A stretch of DNA of 64,000 nt. Source: Oculina patagonica (Eukaryota). The notes beneath the pieces are model-generated. The model was not told the DNA's origin. It was given only the letters and a program-made list of their open reading frames with translations, and searched no databases. Location of the stretch: the NCBI RefSeq assembly GCF_052425735.1, contig NC_135771.1:8308001-8372000 (forward strand), read 5' to 3'. Position numbers and translations under genes: made by a program. This document shows positions 47,908 to 61,007 of the stretch, piece by piece. Position 1 is the first letter of the stretch, and each line of letters opens with the position of its first letter.

Positions 47908-50900
47908 TCCATGCTTAGTGACGTAACGCTTCTTTACCATGGTAACCAGGGCGGGATAAAGCTGGTGACAACCCTGCTTACACGTGTTTCTTGTTGGTTG
48001 ATAGAAATTCATTTACATCACTTATTCACTTTTTTCGTTGAAGGTTTTTATTTTAGCATGTAATACATCTTGGAAGACAAGTTATTTCTATAGAACGGAG
48101 AAACGGATGAATGCTTTGCACGTGAACAATCTTTGAGAATTACTTCACGTTAAAAGATCATTTTCCTATAATGTATTTACAAGTCATAATCAGTCACATG
48201 CAAGTTCATAAACTTAATAAATAAACCATTATCCGCTAAATTCCGGGTTCTTATGTTCTAATATCTTATGTTTAAATGGACTAGGACAGTAAATTTTGAC
48301 AACTATTACTAATCTTCTTAAAGGAGCTACGAAGAGGGTGGTGAATTCTTAAAATACGGGGTTTAGAGAGTTGCAGTTATTTTCCAAGAGACTGGATCAG
48401 CAGTCTGTTTATATCCTCCAGCTGTTCAGACACATTTTGCTTCAAAGGTCGATAGTCACTCTTCATGCTTTTGGAAGCAATAACTGAGTACAGTTAAGGA
48501 GCTTTATGCATAACTGCAAGGTACACTTCATGAAGTTATTGAATATGCGAGTCTTCAATTATCATACACTTTCCCTGAAAATACTGCTGAAATAGCGTTC
48601 ACTTGAATGGGCGTCATACACCAGGGTTTCATAAACAAACAAGTTAGAACCAGCTTGTACAGCATATTAAAAAAAACCCTTACTGATTAAAATATAAACA
48701 TCATTAAAATACATTGTAGCCATGATATATTGCAATTCCTGAGTTTTAATTGGTTTACAGGCGGTGTTATATGAACTCATATTCCATAAACCACAGATGT
48801 GAAAGGGGTGCGCGTTAGTAATTATTCCACTCGCGCTTGTTGGCATTCTCGTCCCCAGAGATGGAAATGCAGGATGATATTACAATATGTGTTGTTTGAA
48901 CAGCTGGCTCTCTGTTGATGGATCTCTAAAACTAGAAACTTTCTATAACCGGTACATTGTATTCTAACTCAACTTAAACTATCATAAATGAATGTCTCCA
49001 GCGTCTTTAATGCGCTATTATTGTCTGGCGCATCCCCCGCATAATGGGGGACCAAAATGGAGTAAATTTGAAGTGAAAGCCCCGCTTTTGCCCCGCTCAT
49101 GCCCGAGGGGAGGGGGGGGGGGAGGGGTCGGGGGTTATTTGGGAAAATCGTGGAAGTAAAATCCCAGCTAGCTAAGCTAGAGCTGACCACTTCTCTTATA
49201 GCGGAAAGGTGAGTTTTGTGTAAAATGTTCAACGTGGATCAGTGACAAAGCAGTCGGCAAGCGTCCGACGGAATCACGCAAAGTGTCTAATGTTTCATCC
49301 CAAGTAAAACTTGCCCTGTGAATTTTCTAATGTGTGTAGCAACTCACATAATGTTTTTTCAGGAAGATTATCTGATTTGTTTGTCTTCTCATTGGAACCA
49401 CATGCATGGAGCTTATACTGCGAGAGATTTGAAATTTCCTTTCCGCGATTTTGTTGAGACAGGTCGACTTGGAAAGTACGAATTCAAAATAAACTTCTTT
49501 AATCATTCCCCATTACTTTAACAAATGTCTGTCCGTATAATGTGTAATGCCTCAGACGTTGAAAATAAAGCATAACCTATCTCAGACTAGAGTCCACTTC
49601 CTCTTTGGTGGAAGCGTTTTCCGCTAACTCAAACCGATTTGAACGGATCGGACAAACCCCATGGACTAAACTTTGTCCATGCGTCGAAAATGGACGTTGT
49701 CCAATTAACTCCATTCGTCGAGGGCCCTGCTGAATTCGGGGGAAGGGGGTGGTATAAATCCCATTTCGCAGCCTATTGTTTTCCCAAATGTTCAAAATCC
49801 CAGTTCCAGTTCGATTATTTTTCGTTCTGTGATTCCCATTTCCAGCGACTAAGTCCCAGTCCCAGTACCTATTTTGCCTAAATCCCAGTTCTCATTTTAC
49901 TCGGCCTTCAGGACGCTTCATGTTCAACCGACCTAACTTGTGCTCTGAAAATTTTTTGTCAACTTTTACAAGAGAGTTACACTGAGCGAGGAAGGAGTTT
50001 AACAAGCAAAAGAGGCAACACAGGGTAAAAAGCCCAATGGATTTACTTGGAAACTTCTTTATTGTGGAATGAACTCACAGTCCTCAAACGCCTACTACAT
50101 CGGACGCGTTTAACTGTGAAATAAAGAAATATCACTAAAATACTGTTCAGTAATAAGTTGAAACGACATGACATAAATTTTATCTACTACAGCTATTATC
50201 ATGAGTTATCTATTATTATTTTATCACTTTAGTATATCGCTTTAGAATATTTTAGGTCGTAAAATTTCGCTACCGAAAATGTTTGCACGATCGTTCAAGC
50301 TCAGAATCCCTGATACACTTTACAAGTCTGCTACTAGTGCTACGAATGGTGAAATTACCGTAGTTTACACCATATTACAACAAAAAGAGAATGAAAAAGC
50401 TCGTTAACGAATGAACGTCACCAACAAACTATCTGATTTTTACTTACACTATAATAAGCAATTAAATTTATATCTGCAAACGTCCACAACTTAATATAGT
50501 GTTGTCTTCGGCGTAAACTTCAAATCACTCACATTTTGCGAGCTTGCAAGCGATAAGTTCGATCCTTCTTTTGACAAAATAAATATACAAGAATTGAAAA
50601 TCCTTTACGCATAAACAAAACTAAACAGATCTAGGAAAAGAGTCTTGCACGTTTTATTGATTATGCTGTCAAACCGCGATTTTATCGCTTGGTCTTGTTT
50701 TATCTCCACCCAGCACGGCGGGAAATAGTTTTCTTATAGATTATATCGTTTGACATGGTCAAGAGCACAAAATTTGAAAGGGTTCAGAGTCAACTTTTAC
50801 CTGTCCGCCATTTCGGACCTCTAAGAGGGTTTTGGTTTAACCTCTTCCCACCCCTCCCACCGCCCCTACAATGACTACATTTAACATATGTCCCGAGAGG

Positions 50901-51229
50901 GGTACAGTTCTATAACTGCAGTGTAACCCGCGTGGAATTCGCTGAGATGACGAGCAGTTTAAATGGAATGCACAACCTTTCTTCGTTTCTATAGTGGTCT
51001 CTACAGATCTGGAAACAAGTTAGTTTTGTCCCCTCAGATCTAAAGTTTGAGGGAGCATCGAGATTGTTTGTGGCTTAATGCGATTCTAGGGAAAACAAAA
51101 CTAACTTTTACACCCAGGACGGCTTATTCAGCCTCGAATCTTAACTGAAGACCTAAATTTACACAGGTTTCTCAAAATATCACAATCCAACTGGTTTAAG
51201 AATAAGTGGCCAAATATTGGCTGTACAGG

Positions 51230-53080
51230 TTATCCAAATGACGTTGATTGGGACGCTGTACTAAATGAAAAAGGTGACGATGGGGGCGCTCCAAATGAAA
51301 AACCTGATGAAGCCACTCCAAATGTAATAGGCGTTAACGGGGTCGCTTTAACTGCAATAGGCGATACTACTTCCTGGACAAGGCAAAGTCTGTCCAGTAC
51401 TCCTTTGGAGAGCTTCAGTACACAGCCACTGAATGAATCTTTACTTTCTTTGGAGATCGTTTTCACTGGTATGGTTGTCGCCTGGATCCACTTGTCCTCT
51501 GTAGGGTCATAGCATTCAACACTCAATTCGCTTTGGGTACAGTTTCTTGTGCCACCCAGCACAAAGAGCTTTTTGTTCAGACACACCATACTACCATAGA
51601 CGCGAATAACATTTAAGCTTCCAATAAACTGCCATTCGTTTGTAGAAACATTGTACATCTCACATGTTGTCGTTACCTTTCTCAATTTGTTTCCACCTCC
51701 AGCAACAAAAATCTTTCCTTGAGTGGCCACACCAAAAGCACCGCCTCTCTCTTGTTGCATGTCAGTAATTTCTTCCCATTTGTTTTCCACAGTGTCGAAT
51801 CTTTCCGCTTTCGCAACATACTCCGATTCCTGCGACGGCTTGCCACCGAGAACATACAAATAATTACCAGCCGCAACAACACAAGAGTCTTGCCTGCAGC
51901 CCTCCTGAGATAACAGAACTGTTTGCCATGAACACAGCTCCACATTGTACCTTTTGATGGTGGATTTTTTCGTTGATGTATCGACTTCAATAGCATAGAT
52001 TTCTCCTTTAACGACGGACACCACAGCAGAATTTGTGGGCAAGTCCAAAGTAGACCAACCATTGAAAACGGGATCGTATCTCTCTGCCTTACCAGTTTGA
52101 GGGAAGGTGTGCAACTGATCACGGAATTTTATCATCTGGGTTTTCTGATTTTTCTCTGACAGCCCGTCTGGCAAACGCTTCCACTCATCTTTCTCTGGGA
52201 AATAACAAAAAGTGTATTTGCCACCACAAGCTACAACGACGTGTGTTTCAAGCCCTTTTCTCGGTGACTGCGGCAGATCATTATCTTCACTTGCAAAGGT
52301 ATTCAGCTTTATAGCATCTAAGGCCAGCTTTAAACAAGCAAAATTCTCTTGCACGATTTCATTTGTCACGACATAGAGTAAATAGTCACGCGATAAGAAA
52401 CCAAGCCGAACGTGACGAAATAATTCTTCCAAAAATGCTTTTCGCTCGCTTTTGTTTTGTTCAACCCACCTTAATATGATTTTAAAAACATCGGCTTCGA
52501 CTGCAACAGAAATCTCATCACTTGAAATCCACCTCTCAACTTCCTTCGCTTCCAAGTTTAAGAATTCATCCATTTCTGCTACAGAGGCGATGTTCGCGTG
52601 GATGAACTTCCTGCTGTTAGCGATAAGTTCGTCACACTGGTATTTCTCAGCGAAATAAAAGGTTGAAATGCAGTTTAATTTGGTCATCTGTCCTTCAAGA
52701 AATCGCCCAGAAACTGTTTTCAATCCCGGAATGAGCAGATAATTCGCCGTGGCTATCAGGTCTGCAGCCTGATTCTCCTGAGTGATCTCGACACTTCCTG
52801 TGTAGATGAACTCCAAAACATCTTCCATTACAGACCCCGAAATCTCTTCGAACCGAGCAATTCCTTCTCGATTCTCTTTCATGTCGCTCTGAAGAAGCTT
52901 GTGAAAGAACGGGCTTGCTGCGGAAAGCACATTTCTATGAGCCTTGAACTCTTTCTCATCTTTCGTCACCAAAGTTACGTCGCATAAATGATCTTGTTTT
53001 CGCTGCATGTTGAGCCGCTTTGTCAATTCCACACAAAAAGAAGCTTGTTCTGTAACGAAGATAGGCTGTAGATCTTCCAT
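51230..53080 (-). CDS. K8: Kelch-like BTB-BACK-Kelch protein with FG-repeat C-terminal tail, 616 aa
   Basis: Intact ORF ending ..ITFGVASSGFSFGAPPSSPFSFSTASQSTSFG. Confidence 0.95.
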   Translation of the reverse strand: MEDLQPIFVTEQASFCVELTKRLNMQRKQDHLCDVTLVTKDEKEFKAHRNVLSAASPFFHKLLQSDMKENREGIARFEEISGSVMEDVLEFIYTGSVEITQENQAADLIATANYLLIPGLKTVSGRFLEGQMTKLNCISTFYFAEKYQCDELIANSRKFIHANIASVAEMDEFLNLEAKEVERWISSDEISVAVEADVFKIILRWVEQNKSERKAFLEELFRHVRLGFLSRDYLLYVVTNEIVQENFACLKLALDAIKLNTFASEDNDLPQSPRKGLETHVVVACGGKYTFCYFPEKDEWKRLPDGLSEKNQKTQMIKFRDQLHTFPQTGKAERYDPVFNGWSTLDLPTNSAVVSVVKGEIYAIEVDTSTKKSTIKRYNVELCSWQTVLLSQEGCRQDSCVVAAGNYLYVLGGKPSQESEYVAKAERFDTVENKWEEITDMQQERGGAFGVATQGKIFVAGGGNKLRKVTTTCEMYNVSTNEWQFIGSLNVIRVYGSMVCLNKKLFVLGGTRNCTQSELSVECYDPTEDKWIQATTIPVKTISKESKDSFSGCVLKLSKGVLDRLCLVQEVVSPIAVKATPLTPITFGVASSGFSFGAPPSSPFSFSTASQSTSFG

Positions 53081-53335
53081 GCTCCAAAGAATAGCCGTAT
53101 TTTCTGAAAATTTAGGTTCTAACCGTCTAGCGTCTTTATATTAGACGGAGAAAAAGAAGCGAAAGTTCGAGAAGAGAAGGTATCTCATCAGGAGGTCTCC
53201 TCGTGATGACGTCATCTCTGGATTAGTTCCCAGTGTCCTCTTCTTCTTCCGCTTTCGATTTTGATGATATCTAAGCGAGACGGTTCAAAAGGAGTCTTTA
53301 TTTTAAGGTAATAAGGCTATTCGATTCTCTGGAGT
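53081..53335. promoter_or_regulatory. Bidirectional promoter/5' region of K8-K9
   Basis: Near-identical to 12527-12780. TGACGTCA at 53207-14; the palindrome has one mismatch. Confidence 0.7.
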
Positions 53336-55051
53336 ATGGAAGATTTGAAGCCTATTTCTGCTGCCGAACAAGCTGCTTTCTGTGTGGAAATGACAAAGCG
53401 ACTCAACATGCAGCGAAAACAAGATCATTTATGCGACGTAACTTTGGTGACGAAAGATGACAAAGAGTTCAAGGCTCACAGAAATGTGCTTTCCGCAGCA
53501 AGCCCGTTCTTTCACAAGCTTCTTCAGAGCGACATGAAAGAGAATCGAGAAGGAATAGTGCGGTTCGAAGAGATTTCGGGGTCTGTAATGGAAGATGTTT
53601 TGCAGTTCATCTACACAGGAAGTGTCGAGATCACTCAGGAGAACTCTAAAGATCTAATTGCTACAGGGAACTATCTTCTTCTACCGGGCTTGAAAACAGT
53701 TTCCGGACGATTTCTAGAAGGACAGATGACCAAATCAAACTGCATTTCAACCTTTTATTTCGCTGAGAAATACCAGTGTGACGAACTCATCGCTAACAGT
53801 AGGAAGTTCATCCACGCGAACTTCGCCTCTGTTGCAGAAATGGATGAATTCTTAAACTTGGAAGCGAAGGAAGTTGAGAGGTGGATTTCAAGCGACGAGA
53901 TTTCAGTTCCAGACGAAATAGATGTTTTTAGAATCATATTAACATGGATTGAACAAGACAAGAGCAATCGGAAAGCAGCTTTTGAAGAATTGTTTCGTCA
54001 CGTGCAACTGGTTTTTCTATCGCGTGACTATTTGATAGATGTCGTGACAAATGAATTCGTGCGAGAGAATTCGGATTGTTTAAAGCTGGCCTTAGATGCT
54101 ATAAAGCTGACTAGCTTTACAAGTGAAAATGATCGTCCGCAGACACCGAGAAAAGGGCTTGAAACACATGTCATTGTAGCTTGTGGAGGGAAATACACTT
54201 TTTGTTATCTCCCGGAGAAAGATGAGTGGAAGCGTTTGGCAAACGGGTTGTCAGAGGATATTTTCTTTAAGACTTCGATGATAAACTTTCGCGATCAAAT
54301 GTACACCTTTCACTATGACAAGGCAGAGAGATACGATCCCGTTTTTGATGGTTGGTCTACTTTGAATTTAGTGCCCAGGGGTTCTGCCATGGTGACTGTA
54401 GTTAGAGGAGAAATTCATGTTATTGAGGTGAACACATCAACGAAAAAATCCACTATTCAAAGATACAATGTTGAGCGGTGTTCATGGCAGACAGTTCAGT
54501 CATCTCACGAGGGCTGCAGGGTAGAGAGTTGTGTTGTTGCTTCTGGTAATCATGTGTATGTTCTTGGTGGTAAGCCGCCACAGGAATCTGAGGACGTTGT
54601 GAAAGCAGAGAGATTCGACACTGTGGAAAACAAATGGGAGGAAATCGCAGACATGCAAGAAGCGAGAGCCAGGGCTTTTGGTGTGGCAACTGATGGAACG
54701 ATTTTTGTTGCCGGAGGAAGACACGGATGGGGAACTACATTGAAAACATGTGAAATGTACAATGTTTCTACAAACGAGTGGCAGTTGATTGCAAGCTTGA
54801 ATGTTAACCGTGAATGGGGCAGTATGGTGTGTGTGAAGGGAACCCTCTATGTGCTTGGTGGCACAAGGGACTATTCACGAAATGATTTGAGTGTTGAATG
54901 CTATGACCCTACAGAGGACAAATGGATCAAGAGGACAACCATACCAGTGAAAACGATCTCCGAAAAAAATGAGGATACATTCACCGGGTGTGCACTGAAA
55001 CTGTCCAAAGGGGTACTGGACAAAGCTCGCGTTGTTAAACTAAAAGAATAG
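53336..55051 (+). CDS. K9: Kelch-like BTB-BACK-Kelch protein, 571 aa
   Basis: Intact ORF. The N-terminus MEDLKP..VEMTK is shared with K2. Confidence 0.95.
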   Translation: MEDLKPISAAEQAAFCVEMTKRLNMQRKQDHLCDVTLVTKDDKEFKAHRNVLSAASPFFHKLLQSDMKENREGIVRFEEISGSVMEDVLQFIYTGSVEITQENSKDLIATGNYLLLPGLKTVSGRFLEGQMTKSNCISTFYFAEKYQCDELIANSRKFIHANFASVAEMDEFLNLEAKEVERWISSDEISVPDEIDVFRIILTWIEQDKSNRKAAFEELFRHVQLVFLSRDYLIDVVTNEFVRENSDCLKLALDAIKLTSFTSENDRPQTPRKGLETHVIVACGGKYTFCYLPEKDEWKRLANGLSEDIFFKTSMINFRDQMYTFHYDKAERYDPVFDGWSTLNLVPRGSAMVTVVRGEIHVIEVNTSTKKSTIQRYNVERCSWQTVQSSHEGCRVESCVVASGNHVYVLGGKPPQESEDVVKAERFDTVENKWEEIADMQEARARAFGVATDGTIFVAGGRHGWGTTLKTCEMYNVSTNEWQLIASLNVNREWGSMVCVKGTLYVLGGTRDYSRNDLSVECYDPTEDKWIKRTTIPVKTISEKNEDTFTGCALKLSKGVLDKARVVKLKE

Positions 55052-55204
55052 TCCCTCAACTGTTTTGCACTGTTGTGTTTGAAAGCTCCACTTACCCTTA
55101 AACTCGGGGTGGGAGGGAGGGGAATCACCTGGATCTGGAAAAAATAATAGCAGATTGTGAGGAAAACGAAACCTGATCGATCCCAAGGGAAACAGTTATC
55201 CCTT

Positions 55205-56032
55205 CAGTGCTCGAAATTAGCGGTTGTCCGGTGGTCCGAGACGACTAAAAGTGCGTTCGGGCAACCAGTTTTTTAGAAATTTAAAAGCCTGGTTGCCCGA
55301 GAAAAAACCGCCGGACAACCAAAGAATTTACATGACCGTAATCACCCAACAGAAATTATACAAACAAAAGAAGTTAAAAAATTTAAACACGAAAATAGCT
55401 TTAAATAGTTCTCTTCTAATCGATAGAATCCACCAAAATTCTTAGAAAAAGGAAATCGAAGGTTAAAATAGTTAATTGGACGTTTGTCGGAGTTCAATAA
55501 GCCAGGAGAATAAGCTTGCCGAGTCGTCTTCTAACATGTACAGACCTCGTCAATGATATTATGGTGCACGTGAGTTGCAAGTGACTAATTAGGCATGCAG
55601 ATTTGCATGACTTCAACAATATCTTGCTTTTGAATGCATTTCTTGCCTTTATCTTGCATCTTGTCTGGGAATCATTTATATTTAGCTGTTTTTAGTTTAG
55701 TGTGTTTTGCGGGTGTAGGGATTTATGAAATTAATACACCGTTTTTTAAAGTACAAAGGAGTATTTCCATTCACTTTAAAAGTAAAAGTGTTGCATTAAT
55801 TTATTTTAAAGGAATTCTGCAGTTTTGTTTAGGATGGGCTGTTTCACACCGCTGTGAATGTAAAACAAATGTTATATCGTCTCACGGCCTGAGAACAAAA
55901 CTTTTAACGAAAAAACATACAACACTTCATACGGACAACCAAGTCCTCAGCAGGGCAACCAAAGTCAATGGTTAGGTTGTCTTACTCTTTGCCATAAGGA
56001 CAACCTGGATTTTTTTCTAATTTCGAGCACTG
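55205..56032. mobile_element. Non-autonomous TIR element with 6-bp TSD
   Basis: 16-bp perfect TIR cagtgctcgaaattag with tccctt duplicated. Empty site ttcccttatgcc at ~40101. Confidence 0.88.
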
Positions 56033-57084
56033 TCCCTTATGCCTACAGGTTTGCTTAATAGAGTCTGTTTGTTAGCTTTAGATAAGGGCTTGAAAGAGAA
56101 AGCTGACAGTTGAAGATCTACTGTAAACGCTTCTATGTTGGTTTAACGATTTAAATACATTTTACAGCAAAGTTTCATTCCAAGTTTACCATTTTCCGAC
56201 ATTAATTTACAGTCGAATGTATGAATATATTTATGGCATCGTTTCAAGTGTGTTTTACATCATTCAAATTCACCCAAGATCTTTTTCCTTTGATTTAAAA
56301 GATGTTAAATTCCCATCCGATACAATTAACAAACACTATTCTTTCGAAAGTGTCTACTTACTGACAGATTGATGATATTAATAGCAGTATATGTGTGAGC
56401 GTGACTTTTTTAAACCTAGCGCGTGTTCCGTGAAGAAGATCGTCACGTGTCACACAATTCTCGTTTCCAGAACCCCCGCATCTCCTCCACATCTCCTTGA
56501 TTGCTTGTTTGAATATCGATTTGAATGGTCCTAATAACTGAGCCACGAAGTCTTAGAAGTAAATAAGTGTTCTAGTACACTACCAAAGCAAAATGATCGT
56601 AGGTTTGCGTGACAAAGAGAACAAAAAAGGGGGGACTATAAAAATCAAGCGTGAAGTTATAAGATAATACACGCAAGATGTTTTAAATGGCGTAAACATT
56701 TAATTAACAAAACCGTGCGAGAAAATATTACAGTTTTAGCTTTCGTGGCACCGTAATTTTATCCTTTTATGAAAGAGAAACTTATAAGGTTGGATTGTAA
56801 TGTTAGTTAAGTGTAGTTTAGTCATATTTTAGCTTTCCAAGATTCTAAACTGTAAGAATCATCGTGTTTAAATAAAGTGGTTTCATTTAAAATCTAGTGG
56901 ATAGTGTAGGTTATCATGTATTTTAGTAGCCAATCAGAGCAAACAAGAAACACTAGTAACTTGATGAAGTCGCGACTTGGAAGGATTATTCGCCTGGGAA
57001 GTTACAAGCCTAACGCTTTCGTCACAAAATTAAACCTGCTTAGCAAAGTTAATAAAAGTATTAAGAAAGTCTGCATCGGTTGTC

Positions 57085-57295
57085 TCAAAACGCCGGAGCT
57101 TATCCTGACTTCAGGATCGGATGCTAGTCCATCGCAGGGTTATCCCCAGATTCGCCGGTACCCCACCTGGGTAGAAACAGGCACTATGAGAGTTAAGTAT
57201 CTTGCCCAAGAACACAACTCAGTGACCCCAGGCTGGACTCGAACCCGGACCGCTCGATCCCGAGTCCAGTGCACCAGCCATTAGACCAGCGCATC
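57085..57295 (-). mobile_element. tRNA-derived SINE
   Basis: Same family; ggactcgaacccggaccgctcgatcc on the plus strand. Confidence 0.7.
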
Positions 57296-58669
57296 TTCCA
57301 TGCTTGTCCCTGGGACAAATTTCCTCCTCCTCCCCCCGGTGGGGGACTACCATGTAAAAGTGACGAAGGTTTTCGTCGGAAATTTTGAAAGGACCCCCTA
57401 AAAGGTACAAACAAGAGAGGATATCCTCTCTTGGTACAAAAACTTGCTTGGTGGGTGTATCTTAAATTCATTTTCATCTCTAAAAGTTATCAATATGAAA
57501 CCGCCGGAAGTCGTGTTCCTTTTTCTTCATAAATGCCATAGAAAGAAAGCACCGTGATATTCCAAAAATAAGACCTGCACTTGTATTTGCACATAAATGT
57601 ACTTTTAAGGTGGGCTTATATTTGGGAGGGGCTAAAACACAGGAGAGAGGAGGCCGGGGGGGGGGGGGGGGGGTGGTGGTGGTGGTATTTTCGGAGGGAA
57701 ATTTGCGTTTTAAAAATCTTTGGGTTTCTATTTGGACGGGAAACTGTCTGAAAAATTTTTTGGTGCATTTAAGAATACCACATGGCCAAAATCTCTAAAA
57801 AAAAACTATGCAAAACCCATAACGGACTTGAAACAAACATTACAAGTCTCTGAACAACGAAAGATATAAAAGAAGCTCGAGCTCTACAATAGTTGGGACC
57901 TATAGTCAGAAGAGTTATATGTCAGATGTTTCGTTATAAAAGAGATATTACTAATTATAAGCCCATGAGCTTAGCATATTTCCCTAATTTTGCCGTACCA
58001 AAAAAAAAAAGAAAAAGAAAATAAAACACTGAGAAATAAAACAATAGATCCACTCGTGATGACGTCAACGTTAAATTCGTTCCCAGTGTTCTCTCCCTTG
58101 GCCTCTTCCGCTTTCGATTTGGACATCTGAGCGAGACGGTTTAAAAGCAGTCTATATTTCACGGTATTAAGGTTATTCTCTGGAGTATGGAAGATCTGCA
58201 ACCTATCTCTGCTGCCGAGCAAGTGTCATTCTGTGTGGAATTGACAAAGCGGCTCAACATGCAGCGAAAACAAGATCATTTATAAAGCTGAGTAGCTGTA
58301 CGAGTGATAATGATGACCTGCCGCAGTCGCCGAGAAAAGGGCTTGAAACACATGTCATTGTAGCTTGTGGAGGGAAATACACTTTCTGTTATCTCCCAGA
58401 GAAAGATGAGTGGAAGCGTTTGGCAGACGGGTTGTCAGAGAATCGAAACTACCAAACCAAGATGATAAACTTCCACGATAAGTTGTACACCTTTCACCGT
58501 GGTAAGGCAGAAAGATACGATCCCGTATTTAATGGCTGGTCTACTTTGGACTTAAGTTTGCCCACCTCTTCTGCTATGGTAACTGTCGTCAAAGGAGTAA
58601 TCTATGCTATTGAAGTCGACACACGCACCCAAAAATCTACTATTCTAAGATACAATGTTGAACAGTGTT

Positions 58670-60676
58670 CAGTTATCAGATTTGATAACCTCGTGACGTC
58701 ACAACATGGCGCCATTTCGTAACTCGGGGAGATTTCGGAGGATATCTCGTTTGTTCGTCTATTTTTCGGTTGTGTTCGTGTGTTCTACCCATAGTTCTAC
58801 GCGATGACCTTGAGAGAAAGATGAACTTCAAAAGTGCATAAAATGGCGAGCATCGGTGGTGAGTTGTGCGGGTATTTGTTTGACGATTTGAAGAGATCGC
58901 TCGAGGATGACAGTTCATTCCAGATATGTTTATATTCTTTGCCGTCAATTTTAAGTCAGTTGCGCATTTTTGTGGAACACGTAGAAAAAATGCTGTGTTC
59001 TTCAGTTATCCTTCTTTCGATTTATCGCTTGCTCATCCGAGGGCACAAAGAATTGTACGAGGGCACTATGGTTTTGTGATTTGCTCTCTGATTCCTCTAC
59101 TGTCCGCCATGTTTAATTGTTTGTGTTTCTAGTGTACGTTCTATAGAATGAGTAGACTTAAGTGGCTAAATAATGGATTTTCGCATAAAGAAAATCGTTC
59201 GTTTGTTTCTTTACTGCTTATGTTTGGAGGGCTTAGTGCTACCGTCCGTAGTCCTTTTGTGGTTGACAGTGAAATCAGCGAAGTATGAGCAACACTATCG
59301 CGGCACGCAGTCTCGAAGTCTTTGAATTTATGAGTGCTTAGAGTATGGCCGCTGTATGCGCATTGGAATTTTAGCGGGCTTTATTTTGTTTGTTAAACAC
59401 GCTTTCAGTTCGCCCTAATCCTTCGCGCAACCCGCTTACAGAGCGAGTAATACACATTTATCTGTTTATTCGACTAAACCATCGCGCAACACGCTTTCAG
59501 AACGACTACTACACATCTACTTTCCAATCTTGGACATATCCTTCGAACAATATGAATGTTGTTATGTAATATCATGAACTGCGTTACTGCGGTAGACGGT
59601 ATATTTATCTCTTTCATTTTGCATACAGATCTAGAAAATCGTTCGTTTGTTTCTTTACTGCTTATGTTTAGAGGGCGAAGTGGTACCGGCTACAGTCGTT
59701 TAGTGGTAGACAGTGAAATTAGCGAAGTATTATGAGCAATTGTTATCGCGGCACGTAGTCACAAAGTCTTTGAATTTGTAATGAGCGGGCTTTATTTTGT
59801 TTGTTATACACGCTTTCAGAACGAGTAATACACATCTGTTCAACATATTTCCTTCATGCAATCCGCTTACAGAACGAGTAACAGATCTGTTCAACTTATT
59901 CTTCGCGCAACACGCTTTCATAGCGAGTAGAATACACATCTACTTTTCAATCTTCAACATATCGGCTCCGAACAATTGTTATGTAAATTCGAAGCGCGTG
60001 ACTGCGGTAGACGGTATATTTTTTCTCTTTCTTCTTGTCACGCTTATTAACCCAAATATTTCTTTATTCAACAGATCATCAAAGCAACTGACCGCCGAAG
60101 GCACTGCGACGAAGAAGTTCTGAGTATGAACTCAATAAACAACGCATCTTTTATTTCTCTACCTTTGTATCGGTTTCGTTCTTGTCTTAGTTAATAAATA
60201 TTAGCAGCGTTGGTGATGAAATTGCTTCAAATAAAGGCATTCACGGTTATATTGGTGTACCAGTACACTTGCACAAATTCAAAAGTCTCAACAAATTTGG
60301 AGAAATACTATTTTACAAGCAAGGGGAATACAATAAAAGCTAATAAACTCCGGATGTCCGGAAAGCTAAGATCTAAGACCGCGCGCGTTCGATGACCTAA
60401 TCTAAATATGCTTTGTCTGTTATTTTCGACAAGAATTTAAACGTAAATGCATGCGGCCAAATGGACATTCAAATCTAGACTTTTTTATCTTTAATTTAGT
60501 GCACAATTTGAATCGCATTTAACTGAGAGCCGTATAAACAAGCTTTCTTGAAATGGCCGCCATATTAAAATGAGAACTGTTGCCATGATAACATGTCACA
60601 TGAGCTCAAACTTGGGGGTTGATTGGCTAATGGTTTGTTTTGGCCGTGATTATCAAATCTGATAACTGTGCCGGGC
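58670..60676. mobile_element. 2-kb non-autonomous element inside K10
   Basis: 19-bp perfect IR cagttatcagatttgataa (58670-88 / 60650-68), 8 extra bp at the right end, tgtt repeated on both flanks, and an internal ~440-bp duplication. Confidence 0.8.
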
Positions 60677-61007
60677 TGTTCATGGCAGACAGTTTTCTCA
60701 TCTCATGAGGGCTGCAGGGAGCAGTCTTGTGTTGTTGCAGCTGGTAATCATCTGTATGTTCTCGGTGGGAGGCCGCCACAGACACGGGAATACATTGCGA
60801 AAAATGAGAGATTTGATACTGTGGAAAACAAATGGGAAGAAATCGCAGACATGCAACAAGCAAGAGGCTGTGCTTTTGGTGTGGCCACTCAAGGAAAGAT
60901 TTATGTTGCAGGGGGGAGACAGAGTGTGGGAGGGTGGGCGTCATGGTTGACAGCATGTGAGATGTACAATATTTCAACAAACGAATGACAGTCTATTGCA
61001 AGCTTAA

